Shown piece after piece: positions 50,871 through 59,393 of a DNA stretch of 64,000 nt (positions within the stretch are counted from its first letter, which is position 1; each line of letters starts with the position of its first letter). Source of the DNA: an uncultured Bacilli bacterium. Its GTDB lineage: Bacteria > Bacillota_I > Bacilli_A > RF39 > UBA660. A program made the translations under genes and the position numbers. The DNA lies in contig CAKPNA010000003.1 in the NCBI GenBank assembly GCA_934168275.1, positions 47,732 through 111,731 on the forward strand. Reading direction: 5' to 3'. The notes beneath the pieces are model-generated. The model was not told the origin of the DNA and did no database searches. It was given only the letters and a program-made list of their open reading frames with translations.

Positions 50871-50946
50871 AACAATGGTGTTATATTGTTCTTTATGGTA
50901 CAATATAATTGGCTTTAATTTGTTATACAAGAAGAAAGGAGTATAA

Positions 50947-52536
50947 ATGTATAACATTAAGGTAAGAGAACCAGAGTTTTACAAAGCAGGAATATATATA
51001 AGATTATCTGAAGCTGATCAAGGGAAATCTTACGAATCCGAAAGTGAGAGTGTCCTTAATCAAAGAAATATACTAATGAAATTTGTTAAAGACAATGGGT
51101 TTATCTTTGTTGGAGAATATGTTGATGATGGATATTCTGGTACTGATTTTGATAGACCAGGATTTAATCTAATGATGGAAGATTTGAAAAAAGGACTCAT
51201 AAATCTTGTAATAGTTAAAGATTTATCAAGATTAGGAAGGGATCATATATTAACAGGTTATTATGTTGAAAGATATTTTCCTGAAAATAATATAAGATTT
51301 ATATCAATACAAGAAAGCTATGATAATTTTAAATTAAAATCAAGCAATGACTCCGTAATGTTTATATTTGCATGTAATGATTTTTATAGTAAACAAAATT
51401 CAGTTAAAATTAGAAATGTATTGGAATATAAAAAAAGAAAAGGGAAGTTTATTGGCAGTGCTCCAAGTTATGGATACATGAGAGATCCTAATGATAAAGG
51501 ACATTTAATACCACATCCTGAATATGCACCTGTGGTTAAAAAAATATTTGAAATGGCAAATAATGGTGTTGGTTTATCAGAAATAACCACTTATTTAAAT
51601 GATAATATGATTAAAACACCAAGTAGTCTAAAAAGGAAAAATCCTCGTGCAAGAAGTAAATACAATTCTATCTGGACAATATCTTCTGTTAAAAAAATTC
51701 TAAAAAATCAAATGTATGTTGGTGATATGGTTCAAAGCATTCAATGTAAACCTGATTACAAAACTAAGAAAAAATTTGCGGTTCCTAAAGAAAATTGGAT
51801 TGTTATTAAAGATACTCATGAACCTCTTGTTGATAGAATGGTTTTTGAAAAAATACAAGATAATGTTAAAAGAACCAATATTACTAATATTACTAAAAGA
51901 GAAAAAAGACTGTTTGAAAATTTGTTATATTGTAAAGAATGTGGTAATACATTAACTATTACTTATAGGAAGAATCATAATTATTGGACAATTAATTGTA
52001 ATAAATATTCAAGAGATCCTAAAAGACATTTATGCTATCCACATTTTATGCCTTATGATAAATTGGAAGAAGCGTTATTAAAAGTTATTAGGAAAACTTG
52101 TAAAAAATATTTGGCTGCAATTAATGTACCTGAGCTTGCAAATGAACTAAAAAATAAAAAGAAAAATACTCTTAAAGTAGAAGTAAGAATATTTGATTTG
52201 GAAAGAAAAGAAAAAGATCTTCTTGAAAAATTAGATATGTTATATGAAGATAAGTTTAGAGGATTAGTATCAGATGAGATGTATAAAAGAATTGCTAATG
52301 AGACTGAAAAAATGTTAACTAAATCAAGACTTGAAATCAAAAAATTAAAAGTTGATGAAGAAGAAATGCAAAATAAATCGGATGATATAAAACAGTATGA
52401 AGATAAAATAAGAACATTAATAGATTTAAAAAATCCGACTAGAGAGCTAATGAAGGCTATCATTGATAAAATAGTAATAGACAAAGATAAAAATATAGAA
52501 ATTATTTACAAATTTAGTATACTAAATAATATTTAA
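50947..52536 (+). CDS. Large serine recombinase (resolvase/invertase catalytic domain + recombinase domain + zinc ribbon + coiled coil)
   Basis: 529 aa. AGIYIRLSEADQ (nucleophile Ser), YVDDGYSGTDFDRPGF, VIVKDLSRLGRD. Zn ribbon CKECGN...NC. C-terminal coiled coil. AAAGGAG RBS. Confidence 0.92.
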   Translation: MYNIKVREPEFYKAGIYIRLSEADQGKSYESESESVLNQRNILMKFVKDNGFIFVGEYVDDGYSGTDFDRPGFNLMMEDLKKGLINLVIVKDLSRLGRDHILTGYYVERYFPENNIRFISIQESYDNFKLKSSNDSVMFIFACNDFYSKQNSVKIRNVLEYKKRKGKFIGSAPSYGYMRDPNDKGHLIPHPEYAPVVKKIFEMANNGVGLSEITTYLNDNMIKTPSSLKRKNPRARSKYNSIWTISSVKKILKNQMYVGDMVQSIQCKPDYKTKKKFAVPKENWIVIKDTHEPLVDRMVFEKIQDNVKRTNITNITKREKRLFENLLYCKECGNTLTITYRKNHNYWTINCNKYSRDPKRHLCYPHFMPYDKLEEALLKVIRKTCKKYLAAINVPELANELKNKKKNTLKVEVRIFDLERKEKDLLEKLDMLYEDKFRGLVSDEMYKRIANETEKMLTKSRLEIKKLKVDEEEMQNKSDDIKQYEDKIRTLIDLKNPTRELMKAIIDKIVIDKDKNIEIIYKFSILNNI

Positions 52537-52609
52537 AGACTTTGTTCCAAAAGGAACAAAGTAAACATAGAAATAGATAAACTACTTATAGGAATAATAG
52601 AGGTATATA

Positions 52610-53230
52610 ATGAGAGCAGAAACACGATTAATAATTAATAATTATTATGATGAAGATGATAAGAAATTATTTTGTAAGTTTGCTAAAATAATAAAAAATG
52701 ATTATAAAATAAAAGATACACATAGACAAATATGGGAATATGATCAATCACTAGGAGGATTTGGAGGATATGCTGCTCCACTAAATCCAACTCTTAATCC
52801 ATTTAATTCTTTAGGGGATTTTAGAAATGTTTTTAGGAGTCTTCAATATGCTAGAAGTGATATGTTTTATTGTACAAGACCTAGACATATTATCATTGAT
52901 ACAGCACTTCATGTTGAAACGTTGGTTAAACTAGTTTTGTCAAAAAATAAATTACTTAAGTTTATTTATAATAGAAGAGAATTTGGAAAAAATATAGAGC
53001 AATTGTATAAAGAAAATATTATTAATAATGATTTATATGAAAGACTTAACAATTTAAGAAAAATTCTGAATTATGCAAAACATGATACTGATCCAGATAG
53101 GGATAATACATTTGATTATGAGGATGCAATAGTTTTTTATTTTGAAACAAGAAAAGTAGGTAATAAACTTCTTAAAAGTTTAAACTATCCAACTTATGAT
53201 AAAACTTTTGAAATAAATGAAGATATTTAG
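52610..53230 (+). CDS. Hypothetical protein with a DUF4145/HEPN-like R-x3-N-x3-H motif
   Basis: 206 aa. NLRKILNYAKHD aligns with the (I/L)RxxGNxxxH pattern I recall for DUF4145-type domains. AGAGG RBS. Confidence 0.45.
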   Translation: MRAETRLIINNYYDEDDKKLFCKFAKIIKNDYKIKDTHRQIWEYDQSLGGFGGYAAPLNPTLNPFNSLGDFRNVFRSLQYARSDMFYCTRPRHIIIDTALHVETLVKLVLSKNKLLKFIYNRREFGKNIEQLYKENIINNDLYERLNNLRKILNYAKHDTDPDRDNTFDYEDAIVFYFETRKVGNKLLKSLNYPTYDKTFEINEDI

Positions 53231-53248
53231 ATAATTGGAGGAAGAATT

Positions 53249-54523
53249 ATGGCAGTATGCTTTTTTGATGATAATTATGATGAATCATACGAATGTGACT
53301 ATACAGTTAAGAAATATAATATTGAAGTAATTGTAAATTATGAAATTGATAAGGAAATTGAACCAGATAATAATGGTGTAAAAAGTTTTGGCTTAAATAC
53401 AAAATTTAAAGATAGAGATATTTTAATAATTGATTATAAAAATAAGAAAAACGTTTTATTAAAAGACGCTTATTATTGTGGTCATACCAATGTGTGGGGA
53501 ACCCCAGATGGCGGTTCAAAAGCAAAATTTAGTTCTAGATATTATTTTTGTGATAAAAATTATGATAAATTGTGCAACTTAAAGAAGACCCCTAAAGTAA
53601 GTAAAATAAGAATGTATAGTGGTTTAATTAATGAACTTATAGGACATCCAAGCTTATTTGAAGAAGATGTTGGTGATGAGTTTGTTATTAAGCTTAAAAG
53701 GAATACTATTAGAAAAAATATTATTTTAGGCATAAATAATATAAAAGAAATAATCTTATCTGATGATTGGAGTCATATACATAGTTATAAAAATAATGAT
53801 ATTTCGATTAAATTAACTGGTTATTTAGAAATAGTTTTAAATAAGAGAATTAATTACTATGATATATATGATTATATAAAAGAAACTATGGTATATCTAC
53901 AATTAATAAGACCTAATAAATTAAAAATAGATAAAATTACAGTTTTTATTGATGATGCATATTATGAACTTAGTATTCCAATTAATGAATTAGAATATAG
54001 CGATAAATATATTTCCAATAGTGTATCTACTGACTTTATAGAGTTTTTAACTAAGTGTTATAATTTAATACCATATAGAAAGTCTAAAAGTGAGATAAGA
54101 AATATACCATATATTATTTTTGAAACATCAAGAAATTTGGAAGATAATTTTTTAATGTTTTATAAATTTATAGAATGTTATTATAAAAAGCAAAATATAA
54201 CTACCAATTTTATTTCTTATAGTATCATTAATAATTATAAAAAAAGTTCTACTATGAGGAACGAAGAAATAGAAAATTTATCACAAGAAATAATATGTTT
54301 AAGAAATCATTATGTGCATTCCGGTTATTTTTTAAAAAATGACTCTTTAAAAATTAATTTTAAAAAAGTTGGAAGAAAATCCAATCCAAAAAATTATACA
54401 GTTAACAAAATTGATGTAGACTGGATTTATGAAAAAACGAAAATATTATATGAGATAGTTATCGATATTATTTTTAAAAATATGTTAAATTTTGAACAAT
54501 ATAAATTTGAAAAAAAATTTTAA
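53249..54523 (+). CDS. ApeA/Abi-like HEPN-domain protein (candidate RNase effector)
   Basis: 424 aa. C-terminal region ICLRNHYVHSGYF carries the R-N-x3-H (Rx4-6H) HEPN signature. GGAGG RBS. The stop is 3 nt before the right inverted repeat. Confidence 0.55.
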   Translation: MAVCFFDDNYDESYECDYTVKKYNIEVIVNYEIDKEIEPDNNGVKSFGLNTKFKDRDILIIDYKNKKNVLLKDAYYCGHTNVWGTPDGGSKAKFSSRYYFCDKNYDKLCNLKKTPKVSKIRMYSGLINELIGHPSLFEEDVGDEFVIKLKRNTIRKNIILGINNIKEIILSDDWSHIHSYKNNDISIKLTGYLEIVLNKRINYYDIYDYIKETMVYLQLIRPNKLKIDKITVFIDDAYYELSIPINELEYSDKYISNSVSTDFIEFLTKCYNLIPYRKSKSEIRNIPYIIFETSRNLEDNFLMFYKFIECYYKKQNITTNFISYSIINNYKKSSTMRNEEIENLSQEIICLRNHYVHSGYFLKNDSLKINFKKVGRKSNPKNYTVNKIDVDWIYEKTKILYEIVIDIIFKNMLNFEQYKFEKKF

Positions 54524-54525
54524 GC

Positions 54526-54546
54526 GTTACACTTTGATTATTGCCT
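54526..54546. repeat. Right terminal inverted repeat (P arm of the presumed attP)
   Basis: GTTACACTTTGATTATTGCCT, complementary to 39694-39714 at 19 of 21 positions. Confidence 0.8.
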
Positions 54547-55623
54547 GGTGGTACCGGTGCCGAAGTAATCTACGCCCTAAGAAACAACTCCACATTAGCC
54601 AACAAAATCCTAAACAACATCGGCGACCTAGGCCAAACCAAACGAAAAGTTTACCAACGCCGCCTACCGTCAGATAACAGCAAAGACTACTATTTCATTC
54701 ACCGCAACACCGGAAATACCGAACCATTAATTGTTGAATACGGCTTCATAGATAATCCCAATGACCTACAATTCCTAAAAAATAACTATCAACAACTAGC
54801 CGAAGCAACCATCAAAGCCATCCTAGACTACAAAGGTATTCCATACACTGCACCAAACGAAGTAGCCACAAACACTTACAAAGTATCCAAAGGTGATACC
54901 CTATACTCGATAGCCCAAAAATTCAACACAACTGTTGATACATTAAAAAGACTCAACAACCTAACAAACAACACATTAACCATCGGCCAAGTATTACAAG
55001 TACCAACATCAATAAGTATGGAAGAAGGTACTCAACTATACACCGTTAAACGAGGCGACACCTTATACACAATAGCCAATAATTTCAATACCACAGTAGA
55101 CAACATAAAATCTCTAAATGATCTTACAAGTAATACTCTAAGCATCGGCCAAATCTTAATAGTGCCAACCGGAACAACTACTTCTAATACCTATCGAGTA
55201 AGGCCAGGAGATAGCCTCTACAGTATTGCCAAACAATTTAACACCACCGTTGATGAACTAAAACGAGCTAACAACTTAACCAACAATTTTATAGCAGTCA
55301 ATCAAGAATTAAAAATACCATCTAAAATAGAAGAAGAAACAAAACTATATACTGTAAAATCAGGCGACACCCTATATTCCATAGCTAAAGAAAACAATAC
55401 CACTGTTCAAGATATAAAAAATGCTAACAACTTAACATCAGACATATTAACAATTGGTACAAAATTAATAATACCAACTCCAGAAACCACTTATGTTGTA
55501 AAACCCGGTGATAACTTATATCAAATAGCAAGAAGATATGGCACTACAGTAGATAATATTAAAGCCTTAAATAATCTAACAACTAATAACCTAAGTGTTG
55601 GCCAAATACTAGTTCTAAGATAA
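54541..55623 (+). pseudogene. N-acetylmuramoyl-L-alanine amidase, 3' fragment: second half of Amidase_3 plus five LysM repeats
   Basis: Begins (L)PGGTGAEVIYALRNN...IVEYGFIDNPND (Amidase_3 C-terminal half). Then 5 LysM units (Y.V..GD.LY.IA..FNTTV..L...NNL). No credible native start. Markedly higher GC than the adjacent element. Confidence 0.85.
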
Positions 55624-55858
55624 AAATATATAATAATTTAGGTATAATACAATACTTAAATTTTTTTCTTTATCCACATCCATAAATAGTTATAAATAAA
55701 AATATAAAATAAACAAACCATTCTATAATTAGATACAGCCATAAATATTTACATGAATTGATATATATAAACAAATATTAAATACCATTAATCACCATTC
55801 TATTTTAAATAAATTCAATATTTGATATAATGATGCCACAAGGAGGTAGCATTTAAGA

Positions 55859-56905
55859 ATGAAGCAGTGGCTTAAAGGCATACTAATTTTTATAACTTAC
55901 TATATAATTTACATATTTTTAATTGAAAAAATAGGTTCAAGTACATTAACTCAAGAAAAAATAACAGAGTTAAGCATTAGCTTTAGTATATTTTCATTAA
56001 TAATTCACATTGTTACAGCACGTTTAATAATTCAAAAAGAAAATAAAGAAATTATTAGACTAAGTACAAAAGTAAAAAAATTAATCGATTTAAATAGCAC
56101 ATATAATTTTAAAAAGTTATTAAAAAGAGAACGTACTATTATTGAAAGGGAATATTCTAGAAAAAGTTTAGAAAGAGTTAACCCTAATAGTATTATTAAA
56201 TATCGTATTGAAAACAATGTAGACTTACTCAGAACAGACGTAGAAAATGCTTTATATAATCTTAGCATACTAAATAAATACAATGATGATATTGATAAAT
56301 TATTCAATTATGAATCTACTAATGAAAGCAAATATTCTGACAAAAAATATAAAAAGATAGAAACACGAGTATTCAATAACTTAACTCACAAAGAAAATGA
56401 ATTTTTAATTAATATAAAATTGGAAGTGTATTATCGAAGCCCAAAGGGCAAAGTATATGAACGTAAATTCTATAAAATTTATTTTGATGCAATTGCTAAT
56501 ATATATAAGGCATGGTTAAACGGAAATAAGTATGAGGAAACAATGAAGCAAGAAAGAAAAATAATGAATGATGAAATTAGATATAACGTTTTAAAAAGAG
56601 ATAATTACACTTGTCAAATATGTGGGGCTACGGCAAGCGATGGAGCTAAATTACATATTGATCATATTATACCAATATCAAAAGGTGGCAAGACAGTAAT
56701 GAGTAATCTCCAAACATTATGTGAAAGGTGCAATATTGGAAAAAGTAATAAAACAGAAGAAGACTTCAAAAATGACATGATTTGTCCAATATGTGGATCA
56801 AAATTAGTTGAAAGAAAAGGTCAATATGGAAAATTTATTGGCTGTAGTAGTTATCCAAAATGCTATTACAAAAGAGAAATGAAACAAATAGTTGATGAAA
56901 AATAA
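55859..56905 (+). CDS. Membrane-anchored HNH endonuclease with C-terminal topoisomerase-type C4 zinc finger
   Basis: 348 aa. Two N-terminal TM segments. HNH CQICGA...HIDHIIPISKGG...NLQTLCERCNIGKSN. Zn finger CPICGSKL...GCSSYPKC. Confidence 0.75.
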   Translation: MKQWLKGILIFITYYIIYIFLIEKIGSSTLTQEKITELSISFSIFSLIIHIVTARLIIQKENKEIIRLSTKVKKLIDLNSTYNFKKLLKRERTIIEREYSRKSLERVNPNSIIKYRIENNVDLLRTDVENALYNLSILNKYNDDIDKLFNYESTNESKYSDKKYKKIETRVFNNLTHKENEFLINIKLEVYYRSPKGKVYERKFYKIYFDAIANIYKAWLNGNKYEETMKQERKIMNDEIRYNVLKRDNYTCQICGATASDGAKLHIDHIIPISKGGKTVMSNLQTLCERCNIGKSNKTEEDFKNDMICPICGSKLVERKGQYGKFIGCSSYPKCYYKREMKQIVDEK

Positions 56906-57010
56906 AGAAAATGTGTCATTTATACAATAATTAATGCTTCTAAATCAATTGCCAACTCAAAAATAATATGTTAAGATATAATTAACTAATTAGTCTAAAG
57001 GAGGAATTAT

Positions 57011-57904
57011 ATGACATTAGTAATAATGGCCGCCGGAATGGGTAGTAGATTTGGAGGCTTAAAACAAATTGAGCCAATAGATAATAACGGGAATTTTATT
57101 ATCGATTATTCCATTTACGATGCCATAAAATGCGGATTTGATAAAGTAGTATTTATCATAAAGAAAGAAAACTATGACATTTTTAGAGAAACAGTAGGTA
57201 GTAGAATAGAAAGCAAAGTTAAAGTAGAGTATGTTTTTCAAGAACTAGATAACTTGCCAAACGGCTACCAAGTACCAGAAACTAGAGTAAAACCATGGGG
57301 TACAGCTCATGCTATACTATGTTGCAAAGACGTTGTTAAAGAAAACTTTGTAATAATAAATTCAGATGATTTCTATGGATATGACGCTTATAAAACAATA
57401 AGTACATACCTAAAAAACAAAACTAATGATAATTATGCCATGGTCGGATATATTGCTAGCAATACCCTTACCGAAAATGGCTCAGTAAAAAGAGGCATAT
57501 GTCAAATAAAAGATAACTACTTAGAAAAAATTACTGAAAGTTTAGTAGAAAGAAAAGGAAATCAAATTATTGCATCACCACTAGATGGTGAAGAACCATT
57601 TATAATTGAAGATAACACACCAGTATCAATGAATATGTTCGCTTTTACCCCAAAAATATTTACTTATATAGAAGAACATTTTGCTGAATTTTTAGAAAAA
57701 AATAAAGATAATATCGATAAATGTGAATACTTAATTCCTGATGTTGTTTTTGAACAAATTAAAAACGGTATGGTAAAAGTTGATGCTTTAAAAACTACTG
57801 CCAGATGGTATGGAATAACATACAAAGAAGATAAAGAACAATTAGTAAAATCAATTAATGATTTAGTACAAGATGGTATGTATCCAACCAATCTTTGGAA
57901 TTAA
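57011..57904 (+). CDS. Sugar-phosphate nucleotidyltransferase family protein
   Basis: 297 aa. N-terminal IMAAGMGSRFGGLKQ (GxGxRxnK NTP-transferase signature). AAAGGAGG RBS. Confidence 0.75.
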   Translation: MTLVIMAAGMGSRFGGLKQIEPIDNNGNFIIDYSIYDAIKCGFDKVVFIIKKENYDIFRETVGSRIESKVKVEYVFQELDNLPNGYQVPETRVKPWGTAHAILCCKDVVKENFVIINSDDFYGYDAYKTISTYLKNKTNDNYAMVGYIASNTLTENGSVKRGICQIKDNYLEKITESLVERKGNQIIASPLDGEEPFIIEDNTPVSMNMFAFTPKIFTYIEEHFAEFLEKNKDNIDKCEYLIPDVVFEQIKNGMVKVDALKTTARWYGITYKEDKEQLVKSINDLVQDGMYPTNLWN

Positions 57905-58118
57905 TAGAAAATTATAAGAACTTAGTTATTAATGTTTACCATTTAGGGTTCACGTTATATCACGAAGTTCTTTTTTATTAAACAAAACTAAAAGTACAGT
58001 AATTGTGTACTTTCAAATTTAATCTACATTTACTAATTTTTTTGCTTAAAATACTTTTAAACTATTTACTATTCATAATTTTATTGTTATAATTGATATG
58101 AAAATAGGCGGCGATATT

Positions 58119-59294
58119 ATGAAGAAAGTATTAATATTAATAATTATGCTAATGTCATTTACTAGTACTGTCAGAGCGGATGGCGACTTATCATTTGCTA
58201 TTTCAGCACCTAGTGAAATAAATATAAACGACAAAGCAACTATCGTTATATCTATTAGTAGTTTTAATAATACTAAGGGAAATATAAATACATGTAGTTT
58301 TAAAATAACTGCTACTAATGAACTCTCAAACCAAGAAAGAGTAAGTGTTTTAGAAAATTGGGCTATTACCTCATCAGATACTGAGAATATGACAATTTCT
58401 ACATCAAGTAGTCCGATTAGTTCATTAACTGAAGTCACTAAATTACTTAATATTAATGCCAATATCAGCGATGCAACTCAAATTACTATATCAAATATAA
58501 CATGTTATGGAGATAGCAATAAGGATAATCCATATACAGCAAATGACGTATCAGCAACTATTTCTAAAAAGCAATATAGCGCTAATTTAAAAGAACTATC
58601 AACTAGTCCAGTAAATATTTCACCGGCATTTACTAGTGATAATCTGAGATATAATGTTGAATTAGCAAGTAATCAAAACAGTTTAACAATAACTGCTGTT
58701 ACAGAAGATAGTAATGCTACAGTAAAAATAATGGTAAATGGAGAAGAAAAAGACACAACTTTAGCCATAACTGATAAAGAAACAATTATTTCTATTATTG
58801 TTAGTAATAATGGGGAAACTAAAACATACACCCTAAATGTTGTTAAAGATGATAGCACTGATGAACCAATTACCACTATAAGTACAGAATTATCCAAATT
58901 AGAAATAAATGGTACAAATATTGAACTAAAAACTAATGTTAGAGAATATAGTATTACAGTCGGCAACGATGTTTCTAGTACAAGAATAATTGCTCAACTA
59001 AAAGATAGTAATGCTAAATTTAAAGATAATTATGGCCCAAGAGATGTTCAACTAAACGTTGGAACTAATACATTTGAAATAGTAATTATAGGTGATGAAA
59101 ATACAGAAACAACATACAAAATTACAATTAATCGAAGTGCACCGGCAAGTTCTTCAATACCATCAAGTAGCACCCCATCATCTAATCAAAATCCTAACAC
59201 AGCCGGACCACTATCAATAACATTTATTGTTCTATTTATGGTAGCATCTTTATATGCAAGCATTATCTATTATAAAAAATATAATAATATTTAA
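58119..59294 (+). CDS. Cell-surface protein with two cadherin-like beta-sandwich repeats and a C-terminal anchor
   Basis: Signal peptide MKKVLILIIMLMSFTSTVRA. Repeats L.EL....V.ISPAF......Y.V / ...YTLNV. Ser/Pro linker, NPNTAG, hydrophobic stretch, KKYNNI tail. The ORF track starts at 58098. Confidence 0.7.
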   Translation: MKKVLILIIMLMSFTSTVRADGDLSFAISAPSEININDKATIVISISSFNNTKGNINTCSFKITATNELSNQERVSVLENWAITSSDTENMTISTSSSPISSLTEVTKLLNINANISDATQITISNITCYGDSNKDNPYTANDVSATISKKQYSANLKELSTSPVNISPAFTSDNLRYNVELASNQNSLTITAVTEDSNATVKIMVNGEEKDTTLAITDKETIISIIVSNNGETKTYTLNVVKDDSTDEPITTISTELSKLEINGTNIELKTNVREYSITVGNDVSSTRIIAQLKDSNAKFKDNYGPRDVQLNVGTNTFEIVIIGDENTETTYKITINRSAPASSSIPSSSTPSSNQNPNTAGPLSITFIVLFMVASLYASIIYYKKYNNI

Positions 59295-59299
59295 ATATA

Positions 59300-59335
59300 A
59301 ACTGGTTATTAGGACACCCTATAATCAGTTTTTTT
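59300..59335 (+). terminator. Rho-independent terminator
   Basis: aactggttat...ataatcagtt followed by T7. Confidence 0.6.
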
Positions 59336-59393
59336 ATTGTCAACATATCTTCTTTTTTTTATTTATCTGAATATTATTTAATAGGTGAAAAAT

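Larger units (their letters stand above)
39691..54548. mobile_element. 14.86-kb large-serine-recombinase integrative element carrying defence-type cargo, inserted in the amidase gene
   Basis: A split host gene on both sides. Junction pentamers GGAGG (39689-93) and GGTGG (54547-51). 21-nt terminal inverted repeats. Serine recombinase at 50947-52536. Visibly lower GC than the flanks. The ends are ambiguous by about 3 nt. Confidence 0.85.

Noticed and set aside
54492-54677. 61-aa ORF spanning the right element junction (…IIAWWYRCRSNLRPKK…).
   Set aside because: It is an alternative frame across attR. Its Arg/Pro/Gln-rich, low-complexity translation overlaps the clearly amidase-encoding frame. 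It is also the frame obtained if the junction is placed at the shared TGCC, which does not restore an amidase.
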